The notes under the pieces: generated by a model
What the model was told of the DNA's origin: nothing
Database searches by the model: none
Seen by the model: the letters and a program-made list of their open reading frames with translations, nothing else
Program-made: the position numbers and the translations under genes
Assembly (NCBI GenBank): GCA_934121905.1
Contig: CAKOVI010000009.1
Coordinates: 3,986 to 67,985, forward strand
Direction: 5' to 3'
DNA: 64,000 nucleotides
From: an uncultured Clostridia bacterium
Lineage (GTDB): Bacteria; Bacillota; Clostridia; TANB77; CAG-508
Shown: positions 50,095-58,947 of the stretch, piece by piece
Position numbering within the stretch: the first letter of the stretch is position 1
How the letters are laid out: every line of letters starts with the position of its first letter

Positions 50095-51168
50095 TTAGTC
50101 TATAATTTGTTCTAATTTTTCGATTATTTTTTCATTGAATTCTTTAGGATTAAATTTTTCCATGTTAAAGCCTTTTTCAATGTATTGTTTCATTCCTTCA
50201 TATACTCCGTTTTCTGTTTTTTCTACAACAATTCCGTATTTTCCTTTTATGTCTTTTTTACTATCTGACACATTTGTGGTTATTATTGGTTTTCCTAAAA
50301 TCAAGCTTTCTATAAATACAACTGGATATCCTTCAAAATCCGATGACATTAGTAAACAATCACTTTTTTCTAAGTATGGATACGGATTGGATTTCTTTCC
50401 TAAAAAGATTATATTTGAAACATCTTTTGCTTCTTTTTTATAAAGTTCATTATCTGGACCATCACCTACAAAAATAACTCTAAATATATATCCTTCTTGA
50501 TTCAGCTTTTTAGCTGCATTTATTATTCTTGTTAGCCTTTTTTGTTTTTCATCGTGTCTTCCTAGATTTATAAATGTTATAATATTATTTTCTTTTTCCA
50601 AGTCTGTAATTTTTTCTTGTGATTTTTTTAGAACTTTTTCGTAATCTATCAAATTGTTGCATTTTACACATTTACTTTTTAATTCTTCAAAGTTTTGTTC
50701 AAATATTAATTTATCATATTCTGATACAAAAACTATTTTTTCAAATTCTTTTGCTTTTAAATTTTCGAAGAATTTTTTGTATTCATTTACATTGTTATTG
50801 TAAAAACTCATATAGTCATTGTGTACCCATAATGCACTTTTTTTACCTGCTGTTCTTGAAACAAATGATGCCGAGTAACTGTATGTTGCATAACATGCTG
50901 CAAAATCAAATTTATTTTTGTATTTGATTTTAAAAATTTGTTGTTTTAGAAAGTTTATTCCTTTTCTTATTAATTTTATTTTGTTGTTATTTGGCTTATA
51001 TGTAATAATTTTTATATCTTTGGGGATATCTTGTAAAAATATCCCCTCTTTTTTTTCTAAACATATTGTTATTTCATACTTCGAGTGTATATTTTTAAGT
51101 AATGTTATTAATGCTGTTTCTATTCCTCCAACATCTAAAGAATAGGCAGAAAATAGTATTTTTTTCAT
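50095..51168 (-). CDS. Glycosyltransferase family 4 (GT-B, group 1)
   Basis: 357 aa. C-terminal EGYPVVFIESLILGKPIITT is typical of the GT4 EX7E region. Confidence 0.8.
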   Translation of the reverse strand: MKKILFSAYSLDVGGIETALITLLKNIHSKYEITICLEKKEGIFLQDIPKDIKIITYKPNNNKIKLIRKGINFLKQQIFKIKYKNKFDFAACYATYSYSASFVSRTAGKKSALWVHNDYMSFYNNNVNEYKKFFENLKAKEFEKIVFVSEYDKLIFEQNFEELKSKCVKCNNLIDYEKVLKKSQEKITDLEKENNIITFINLGRHDEKQKRLTRIINAAKKLNQEGYIFRVIFVGDGPDNELYKKEAKDVSNIIFLGKKSNPYPYLEKSDCLLMSSDFEGYPVVFIESLILGKPIITTNVSDSKKDIKGKYGIVVEKTENGVYEGMKQYIEKGFNMEKFNPKEFNEKIIEKLEQIID

Positions 51169-51626
51169 TATTCTCCCTTCTCAATTTGGTCAAATGCCTT
51201 GTTTATGTTTTCTTTTTTATATCCTTTTTTTAATAAAAATGTTATTATTTCTTGTTTTTCCAAATCTCTTTGTTTTTTTATAATTATTTTTGATGCAGAA
51301 TTTATTTCATAATCTGTCAATTCTTCTTTATTTTCATACATATAGTCCTCTATTAAATCTTTACTTAATCCTTTTGCTAGCAGCTTGTACCTTAGTTCTA
51401 ACTGTGACATGTTTTTTAAAATTTTAAAATTATTAATAAGTCTATCAATATAATCTTTATCATCAATATATTTTGCTTGTTTTAAGTATTCTATTATATC
51501 TTCAAGCATTTGTTCATCAATGACATTTTGAAATTTTGTTCTTACCTCATTTTCTGTTCTTCTTTTGTATAATATATATTTTAATACCTTTGTTTTTCCT
51601 TTATCAAATTCTTCTACTGAATACAT
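51168..51626 (-). CDS. recX: Recombination regulator RecX
   Basis: 152-aa three-helix-repeat pattern (YSVEEFDKGKTKVLKYILYKRRTENEVRTKF...). No recA is adjacent. Confidence 0.75.
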   Translation of the reverse strand: MYSVEEFDKGKTKVLKYILYKRRTENEVRTKFQNVIDEQMLEDIIEYLKQAKYIDDKDYIDRLINNFKILKNMSQLELRYKLLAKGLSKDLIEDYMYENKEELTDYEINSASKIIIKKQRDLEKQEIITFLLKKGYKKENINKAFDQIEKGE

Positions 51627-51781
51627 TAATTAGCCTCCTAATTTTGCCTATATTTTATCAAAAAAAAATTTTTTTTACAATATATTTTACAATTTTAAAG
51701 AAAAATATAGACAAAAAGTCTTAAAATGTGTTAAGATATTGTTATTGTAAATCAAAGGAAAAATCATAAGGAGGAATAATT

Positions 51782-52210
51782 ATGTCAAAATTAACAAAAA
51801 TAATATTATTATGTTTATTAGCAATAATATTTTCATATAGTTATTGCTATGGTATTGATTTAAATTTAGCAGAAAATAAAACCTCAGAAAATTCAACTGC
51901 TGGAAACACATCTGCTACTGCTGAAAATTCCACAGCTGGTTCTCAAAGTAGCAATGGAAATTCGGCTAATCCCACTTCATCTAGCTCTGCTTCTTCAAAT
52001 TCCACAAAAAATACTGCTGGAAGCTCAAAGTCGTCAAATACTGCAAATACCGCATCAAATACTTCTCAAGTATCTGTAAGTAGTGTTGCAGATGTTCAAA
52101 AATCCGGAAATTCTACTATAACAAATATAATAAACATTGCTTTAATCGTAATTGGTATTTTGTTAATCTTTTTTGCAATAGCAATTTTAATAAGATTAAG
52201 CAGTAATTAA
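51782..52210 (+). CDS. Small S/T/N-rich secreted protein with a C-terminal TM anchor
   Basis: Signal peptide, then a roughly 90-aa S/T/N/A low-complexity tract, then TM IALIVIGILLIFFAIAILI. AGGAGG SD. Confidence 0.65.
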   Translation: MSKLTKIILLCLLAIIFSYSYCYGIDLNLAENKTSENSTAGNTSATAENSTAGSQSSNGNSANPTSSSSASSNSTKNTAGSSKSSNTANTASNTSQVSVSSVADVQKSGNSTITNIINIALIVIGILLIFFAIAILIRLSSN

Positions 52211-52214
52211 ATTT

Positions 52215-52247
52215 TTCAAGCAATTTTTTAGTTGCTTGAATTTTTTT
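52215..52247 (+). terminator. Rho-independent terminator (TTCAAGCAA...TTGCTTGAA with T7)
   Basis: Hairpin and T-run after the 51782..52210 gene. Confidence 0.6.
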
Positions 52248-52324
52248 CATAGTATATTTTATCCTAAAAAAATAATAATATTATTAGGTTTATTTTTAAA
52301 CTAATTTTTTAGGAGGATAAAAAA

Positions 52325-52771
52325 ATGCAAAAAAAATGTTTATTTAGTTTATTACTATTAACTTTTGCTATAATATTTACATTTAGTTATACATTTGCAA
52401 CAGATGATAATAAAAATCCTATTGAAGAAGCCGCAAATTCTGTAAGAAATGTTGTTGGTGATGCAGAAAATGTTGTTGAAAATGCTGCTAAAGATGTTTC
52501 AAATACATCTAAAGATATGACAAAAGACATGGAAAACGGTGCTTCTAGAACTACAAATAACATGAATACAGCATTTACAAATAACAATAATACCGGAAAT
52601 TATACAGCCACAAGAACTGCAACTACCACAGATAACACTTTATTGGGAATGAATTCAACAACTTGGATTTGGCTTATTTTAGCCATTGTTGCTGTCGCTA
52701 TTGTTGCTTTAGTTTATTATTATACTGTAGGTGTTTCAAATAGAAATAATTATAATGATAGTAATGATTAA
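52325..52771 (+). CDS. Small secreted protein with a T/N-rich tract and a C-terminal TM anchor. Paralogous in architecture to 51782..52210.
   Basis: Signal peptide. The C-terminus WIWLILAIVAVAIVALVYYYTV is a TM helix. AGGAGG SD. Confidence 0.65.
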   Translation: MQKKCLFSLLLLTFAIIFTFSYTFATDDNKNPIEEAANSVRNVVGDAENVVENAAKDVSNTSKDMTKDMENGASRTTNNMNTAFTNNNNTGNYTATRTATTTDNTLLGMNSTTWIWLILAIVAVAIVALVYYYTVGVSNRNNYNDSND

Positions 52772-52853
52772 TTTTATTAAAAACTTTTACCTATTAAAGA
52801 GCTTAAGGTTAAAATCTAGGCTCTTTAATGGGAATTTATTTTAAGGAGCTTTT

Positions 52854-53708
52854 ATGGTTTTAAAATATAATGTAAATACTGATAATTTAACTATTAATTA
52901 CATATTAAAAAATGAATTAAAAATATCTTCTAGACTTTTTAGTAAATTAGTTAAAAATAATCTTGTAACATTAAATGGAAATCCTTGTGACACAAGGTGT
53001 TTAACTCATATTGGTGATACTATTTTTATCAATCTTGATTATGATGAGGATAATTCAAATATCGTTTCAACAAAAATGGATTTGGATATAATATATGAAG
53101 ATGATTCGTTTATAATTTTAAATAAGCCAAAGAATATTGCTGTACATCCATCTTATCAGCATTTCGCCAATTCTCTTTCAAATGGATTAAAATATTATTT
53201 TGATTCGATAAATCTACATAAAAAAATAAGACCTGTAAATCGTCTTGACTTAAATACTTCTGGTCTAATTTTGTTTGCTAAAAATGAATATGTTCAAGAA
53301 TGTTTAATAAGGCAAATGGCTGAAAATACTTTTAAAAAAGAGTATTTAGCAGTTGTAACAGGAAAACTTGATGTTACTTCTGGTACCATTAATAAACCAA
53401 TTGCCAGAAAACCTGGCAGTATTATTGAAAGATGTATTTCAGAAAATGGTAAACCTTCTGTTACTCACTTTGAGGTTTTAAAAGAATTTGATACTTGCAG
53501 TTTGGTTAAATGTTCCCTAGAAACTGGCAGGACTCACCAAATCCGTGTTCATTTTGCATCTATCGGTCACCCTTTGGTTGGTGATGATTTATATGGTATA
53601 GCTTCTGATTTAGTTGATGGTCAGGCTTTGATTTGTTATAGTCTTAGTTTTAAGCACCCTGTTAGTGGTGAAGATTTTTCAAAGACCATTAGGGTCGAAT
53701 CTTTTTGA
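52854..53708 (+). CDS. RluA-family pseudouridine synthase with an S4-like N-terminus
   Basis: Catalytic region PVNRLDLNTSGLILFAK and conserved HQIRVH. Confidence 0.85.
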   Translation: MVLKYNVNTDNLTINYILKNELKISSRLFSKLVKNNLVTLNGNPCDTRCLTHIGDTIFINLDYDEDNSNIVSTKMDLDIIYEDDSFIILNKPKNIAVHPSYQHFANSLSNGLKYYFDSINLHKKIRPVNRLDLNTSGLILFAKNEYVQECLIRQMAENTFKKEYLAVVTGKLDVTSGTINKPIARKPGSIIERCISENGKPSVTHFEVLKEFDTCSLVKCSLETGRTHQIRVHFASIGHPLVGDDLYGIASDLVDGQALICYSLSFKHPVSGEDFSKTIRVESF

Positions 53709-53710
53709 TT

Positions 53711-53768
53711 CCATTTTTGTCAAAAGAACCGTTTCCTTTTGTGAAAAGAAACGGTCCTTTTACGAAAT
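53711..53768. repeat. MITE-like palindromic repeat, copy 16 (CAAAAGAACCGTTTCCTTTTGTGAAAAGAAACGGTCCTTTTACGAAA)
   Basis: Lies between the convergent rluA-family gene and der. It probably also serves as their terminator hairpin. Confidence 0.8.
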
Positions 53769-53772
53769 TTTT

Positions 53773-55104
53773 TTACATTACATCTTTATCCAATTTTTCT
53801 CTAACAATAATTCTAATAGGAGTTCCTTGTAAACCAAACTCTTTTCTTATTTGATTCACCAAATATCTCTCATAAGAAAAATGGAATAAATCCTTCGAAT
53901 TTACAAATATAACAAATGTTGGTGGCTTTGTTGAAGCTTGTGTACCATAAAAAATTTTAAGTTTTTTACCTTTATCTGATGGTGGTTGAACAATTGCAAT
54001 TGCCTCATTTATAACTTGATTCAACTGACTTGTCGTAACTCTCTTAGCATTTTGCTTAGCTACATCATTTATCATTCCAAATAGTTTATCAACTCTTTGA
54101 CCAGTTTTAGCAGAAATAAACATTACAGGTGCATATGATAAGTATGATAATTTTTCATATATTGCTTTTCTATATTTTTCTAATGTTCCTGTATCTTTTT
54201 CATATTCATCCCATTTATTTACAACAATTATTATACCTTTTCCAGCCTCATGTGCCTCTCCTGCAATCTTGGCATCTTGTTCTGTTACACCTTCATTTGC
54301 ATCTATTAACATTAAACATACATCTGCTCTTTCTATTGCAAATAAAGACCTAAGCACACTATATTTTTCAATTTTTTCTGTGACTTTACTTTTTCTTCTA
54401 ATTCCTGCTGTATCAATAAAAGTATATTTTCCGTGTTCATTTTCAAAATATGAATCTATTGCATCACGAGTCGTACCTGCGATATTGCTTACTATATTTC
54501 TGTTTTCACCTAAAATTTTATTTATTAATGATGATTTTCCAACATTTGGCTTCCCAATAACTGCTACTTTTATTCTTTCACTGTCTTCATCGTTGTCTGC
54601 TTCTTTTGGAAGATTATCATAAACTTTATCTAACACATCACCAATTCCTTGAGCATTACTTGCAGATACTGGCATTGGGTCTCCTATTCCTAAATTGTAA
54701 AATTCATATATATCTGATTGGAATTTTTGGAAACTATCGGCTTTATTGCAAACTAATATTATTGGCTTTTTAGATTTTTTAAGCATTAATGCAATTTCTT
54801 CATCTGCACTTGTTACCCCTTGACGTACATCTGTTACAAATATTATTACATCTGCTATATCTATTGCAATATTTGCTTGAAGTCTCATTTGAGTTAATAT
54901 TACATCATTTTTTTCAGGTTCAATTCCTCCTGTATCTATTAATGTAAAGTTTTTTCCTCTCCAATTACTTTCTCCATATATTCTGTCTCTTGTAACTCCT
55001 GGGGTATCTTCTACTATTGATATTCTGCTTCCTACTATATAATTAAAAAATGTTGACTTTCCAACATTTGGTCTTCCAATTATTGCAACTACTGGTTTTG
55101 ACAT
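53773..55104 (-). CDS. der: Ribosome biogenesis GTPase Der (EngA), tandem GTPase domains plus a KH-like domain
   Basis: Two G-domains: GRPNVGKST...DTGG and GKPNVGKSS...DTAG. Confidence 0.93.
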   Translation of the reverse strand: MSKPVVAIIGRPNVGKSTFFNYIVGSRISIVEDTPGVTRDRIYGESNWRGKNFTLIDTGGIEPEKNDVILTQMRLQANIAIDIADVIIFVTDVRQGVTSADEEIALMLKKSKKPIILVCNKADSFQKFQSDIYEFYNLGIGDPMPVSASNAQGIGDVLDKVYDNLPKEADNDEDSERIKVAVIGKPNVGKSSLINKILGENRNIVSNIAGTTRDAIDSYFENEHGKYTFIDTAGIRRKSKVTEKIEKYSVLRSLFAIERADVCLMLIDANEGVTEQDAKIAGEAHEAGKGIIIVVNKWDEYEKDTGTLEKYRKAIYEKLSYLSYAPVMFISAKTGQRVDKLFGMINDVAKQNAKRVTTSQLNQVINEAIAIVQPPSDKGKKLKIFYGTQASTKPPTFVIFVNSKDLFHFSYERYLVNQIRKEFGLQGTPIRIIVREKLDKDVM

Positions 55105-55327
55105 TTATTTCACCTCTTCTTTTTACATTTTTATATTTTACTACATTTTTACTATTTTGGCAAGATTTACATAACATTTATTACAGAAAAGCGTTTTCTT
55201 TTTCATCTGCTTCTAACTTCAATATATTTTTGCACAAAAAAGTCGACATACAATAGTGATTTTTATCAGCAATATTATTAATTCAAACATATTTTTCTAA
55301 TTTCATTTATTCTTCCATTAATTTCCT

Positions 55328-55510
55328 CTATATCAATTTTCCCATTTCTTCATATGATTTGAAATTTTTTCTGTAAAGAATAATTCCGCCTATTTTATAT
55401 TTTAATATTAATTTTCTTGTTCTTTCTGTAATTTTGCTTCCATCTATTCCAACAATTATCATTTGACCAATTTTTTCTTCTAAACTTAAATCTTCTATTT
55501 TTAATTCCAT
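55328..55510 (-). pseudogene. Remnant of a GH3 beta-N-acetylhexosaminidase gene (nagZ-like). Only the first 60 codons remain.
   Basis: LSLEEKIGQMIIVGIDGSKITERTRKLILKYKIGGIILYRKNF matches the GH3 N-terminus. It is followed by a stop and only 220 bp of non-coding DNA before der. Confidence 0.6.
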
Positions 55511-56610
55511 ATTTTTTCCTTATCTCCAACATATTGTGTTGCAATTCTATTTTCAGGTTTTATATCAAACATATACAAAATAGCTAAAAATACCCATTCT
55601 AATGGTTTCATAATAATATATGTAATATCTGCTTTAGTAGCAGTATTTATGTGCTTAGAAATAGGATATCCATATTTATCATAAATATATCTCACAAAGT
55701 GATGAAATCTAGGTGTTTTTTCTTGAATTAAATCCTCAAATGCATTTGCAACACATAGTTGTCTATTTACAACAATTTTTTCACCATGTCTAATACCCAT
55801 TCTTATTGGTCTTACCAATTTTTTATGACCTCTTAATGAAACCGTACATAAATAATGTGCATCATATGTAACAGATGGTGGTGATACTTTAGCAGACAAA
55901 GTCCAATCACTAGTTTCCAAGAATGCTTTTATTGCTTCATCTGGTCTTTGCCCAAATAGCACTAATATGCAAATTAATATAGCCATAAGTGGTATTGATA
56001 ATATAATAGCTAAAATTGGCCAATTATCTGTATCATAAAGAATTTTACTACATTTATTTAAAATTTTATTATTATATTCTTTTTGCTCTAAATTTTGTTC
56101 TTTATATACTTTCATAATTTCTATTTGAGCTCTTAAACTACATAGTATATAATTTATTGGAAAAATAGCAAAAAATGGTACTTCTATTATATCAAAATTT
56201 TTGCTTATCTGAATTATGAACATTACCATATATATTGAGCAAATTACAGTCCCAGACATTGCACATACAATAGCCAATGGCGGTAAGTTTAATTTTCTTT
56301 TTCTTATCAATATATAAGATATAAGTCCTACCGCAAATATTCCAAGAACAGTTGGCATGCTCCAAGAAGCTATTGGGCTGTGTACTTCTATTTCAAGTCC
56401 TCCTAGTCTTAGACTCTCTGTGTAATCCTTAAATTCCAGAACTATATACCAGAATGCAGTCAAAAATATTCCTAAAATAAAGGTTGTGTAATCAATAAAG
56501 TTTTCCTTTATTTTTTTCTTTTTAAATAAATTTATTATATTAAATATTGTTAAAAGTGCAGGTGTAATTACACATATAAATAATACTATTATACATATTA
56601 ATGTTGCCAT
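55501..56610 (-). CDS. Polytopic membrane protein (about 7 TM) with a conserved C-terminal soluble domain, unknown function
   Basis: 369 aa. The C-terminal region has an RGHK...HGE...HHF pattern. No confident family assignment is possible from sequence alone. Confidence 0.55.
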   Translation of the reverse strand: MATLICIIVLFICVITPALLTIFNIINLFKKKKIKENFIDYTTFILGIFLTAFWYIVLEFKDYTESLRLGGLEIEVHSPIASWSMPTVLGIFAVGLISYILIRKRKLNLPPLAIVCAMSGTVICSIYMVMFIIQISKNFDIIEVPFFAIFPINYILCSLRAQIEIMKVYKEQNLEQKEYNNKILNKCSKILYDTDNWPILAIILSIPLMAILICILVLFGQRPDEAIKAFLETSDWTLSAKVSPPSVTYDAHYLCTVSLRGHKKLVRPIRMGIRHGEKIVVNRQLCVANAFEDLIQEKTPRFHHFVRYIYDKYGYPISKHINTATKADITYIIMKPLEWVFLAILYMFDIKPENRIATQYVGDKEKIWN

Positions 56611-56619
56611 TTTTCCTCC

Positions 56620-58182
56620 TTAATCTGCAATATATTCTATTGTTTTTACAAATCCATTTATATTATCTACATCGGTTATTTTTGTGTCTAAAGTTATATC
56701 ACACATTTCGTGTAATACATAACCATAGTTTGATTGTAAATGATATCCCATTCCTAAAAATGTTTCTGTTTGATTATTTACATTTAATTTTATTGGATAT
56801 GTAAAATTGTCATAACTATAAAGAACTATTATATACCCTTTTCCGTCACTATCTATATTTGTATATTCAATCGACATTCCATCAATTCTATATGTGTCTT
56901 TAAGATATCTTTGTATTTCTTCTTTTGCAGTATCTTTTGAACTTCTTTTTATACTAACTGCCTGTATATTTTGAATATTGTCATTTGGGTCTGTGGTTTC
57001 TCCTTCTACATATACCAAATCGCCAACGTTTAAATCTGAAAACTGAATTTTGCTATTATTTTCGTATTCTTTTATTGATGTTTCACTATTTATATTTACA
57101 TTTGCTGTTATTATTTGACTATCATAACCTATTTGTATTTGATTGTCTTTTATGCTCGTTATAATTCCACTAGATGTAACATTAATTTGTGTATTATCAC
57201 TAATACTTGTATTTTGTTCATTTGAAGCATTTTCTAGATATATGCAATTTGTATTTACAACCTTACTTACTATAAGAACATTTACTTGATAATCACTTCT
57301 TGTATTTCCAAGCTTATATTTTATATTTCCAATATTTTGCTTTATTTCGTTTATGTCATATTTCGAAATTGTTATTATTACATTTTCTTTTTCAAAATCT
57401 ACATCTTTTAATTGGTTATTTGATTTGAAATTTAATTGTTTTAATAAATTTTCATATCTATTCTCATCATATTCTATAACTGTTTGATAAACATTATTTT
57501 GATATATCCCACTCTGTTTTAACTCTATATCTACATTTGTAGGTAATTCTTTTAGAGCATTTTCTGAAGTATAACTATTGTTTTTATCAAAATTATATTT
57601 TGTCATTTCTTTTGTTTGACTATCTAATTTTGCCGTTAATCCTTTTACATCATCAAGCGATGTTTTTATAACTTGCCCACTGTCTGTAAATCTCCTTATT
57701 ATGCCTATTTCGCTTTCTTCTAGCATAAATACAATGTTTTTGCTCTTTGTATTATAATCAAATTCTACAAAACTCCCTTTATTTTCAAATTCTGCTATTT
57801 CATTTTCTGAATATACTTTACCTTCAATTGGGTTATATGTTCTGTTATATAATTCTGAATAGATTTTAGAATATGCTTTTGTTCCCTCTTGAATTATATA
57901 ATAGTCACCATTAGTTTTCTTGTATATTATTCTATCTGGTTGTTGTAATGTTAAGTTCTGACCTACTTGTCCTAATTCTCCTTGTTTTTCCTGATTTTTT
58001 TCTACTTTATATATCGCAAATAAAATTAGCCCTATACTTAATAGTAATATTAGACATTTTCCAGTTATTAACATTCTTTTATTTTTTTGTATTTTTCCAA
58101 TAGCGGTTACAAGTATGCTTGTTATAAAACAAATTATTATAATAAAATATATTGGCATAATTTTTTCCTCCTTAAAAAACAT
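56620..58182 (-). CDS. Membrane-anchored (2 N-terminal TM) extracytoplasmic protein of unknown function, N-rich
   Basis: 520-aa ORF with coding-like composition and no recognisable motif. Confidence 0.55.
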   Translation of the reverse strand: MFFKEEKIMPIYFIIIICFITSILVTAIGKIQKNKRMLITGKCLILLLSIGLILFAIYKVEKNQEKQGELGQVGQNLTLQQPDRIIYKKTNGDYYIIQEGTKAYSKIYSELYNRTYNPIEGKVYSENEIAEFENKGSFVEFDYNTKSKNIVFMLEESEIGIIRRFTDSGQVIKTSLDDVKGLTAKLDSQTKEMTKYNFDKNNSYTSENALKELPTNVDIELKQSGIYQNNVYQTVIEYDENRYENLLKQLNFKSNNQLKDVDFEKENVIITISKYDINEIKQNIGNIKYKLGNTRSDYQVNVLIVSKVVNTNCIYLENASNEQNTSISDNTQINVTSSGIITSIKDNQIQIGYDSQIITANVNINSETSIKEYENNSKIQFSDLNVGDLVYVEGETTDPNDNIQNIQAVSIKRSSKDTAKEEIQRYLKDTYRIDGMSIEYTNIDSDGKGYIIVLYSYDNFTYPIKLNVNNQTETFLGMGYHLQSNYGYVLHEMCDITLDTKITDVDNINGFVKTIEYIAD

Positions 58183-58933
58183 TCTTCAATTGTTTTAATT
58201 CTTTTATCACGTAAACTCCTTCTAATTCATCTTTATATTCTTCTGCTTTATTTTTTATATCTCTCCATACAACATTTTTTATCCCTGCATCTATTGCTCC
58301 CTTTATATCCATTTTAAGGCTATCTCCAACTATAGCAATTTCATCCATTTGAAATTTTCCCGCCGCTTGCTCAAAGCTTTCTTTATATGGTTTTGCATAT
58401 TTTTCTGCTCCATAAAATTCAGTAAAAAATTTACATATTCCTATATTTTCAAGTCTTTTTATTTGAGATTCAATAAACCAATTTGTAAGTACTACTAATT
58501 CATATTTTTGAGATAGATATTCTAGTGTTTCAAAATCTTCCTTTGGATATTCTTTAGGTACTGCTATCTTTCCTATATTTTCTAGCCATATATCCATAAA
58601 TTCATATGGCAAATGTAGATTTAGTTTTTCATTTAAGTAATCGATTACTTCTTTTTGGTCGAACTTTGTTTTTCCTTCCTCATATTCTGATTCCACTTCA
58701 TTTATTTTTTTGTATAAATCGTTTGTTTTGGGATAATTTATTGTGTTTAAAGCTATATCTGCTGCTTTTTCGTATTCGTCTTTCCACATTATTAGTGTGT
58801 TATCTAAGTCAAATATTATTCTTTTTATCATTTTTTCTTTACTCCTTGTTTTATTAATTGTTAAAATCATATCATATTTTTCTTTGTTTGTCTTAAATTT
58901 TTCCAAAAAAGTATGTGAAATTAAAAATCTCAC
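58172..58933 (-). CDS. HAD-superfamily hydrolase (subfamily IA-like)
   Basis: Motif I IIFDLDNTL. Motifs II and III are visible (VVLTNW; VGDSLKMDIKGAIDAG). Confidence 0.8.
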   Translation of the reverse strand: MRFLISHTFLEKFKTNKEKYDMILTINKTRSKEKMIKRIIFDLDNTLIMWKDEYEKAADIALNTINYPKTNDLYKKINEVESEYEEGKTKFDQKEVIDYLNEKLNLHLPYEFMDIWLENIGKIAVPKEYPKEDFETLEYLSQKYELVVLTNWFIESQIKRLENIGICKFFTEFYGAEKYAKPYKESFEQAAGKFQMDEIAIVGDSLKMDIKGAIDAGIKNVVWRDIKNKAEEYKDELEGVYVIKELKQLKNVF

Positions 58934-58947
58934 ATACTTAAAAAATC

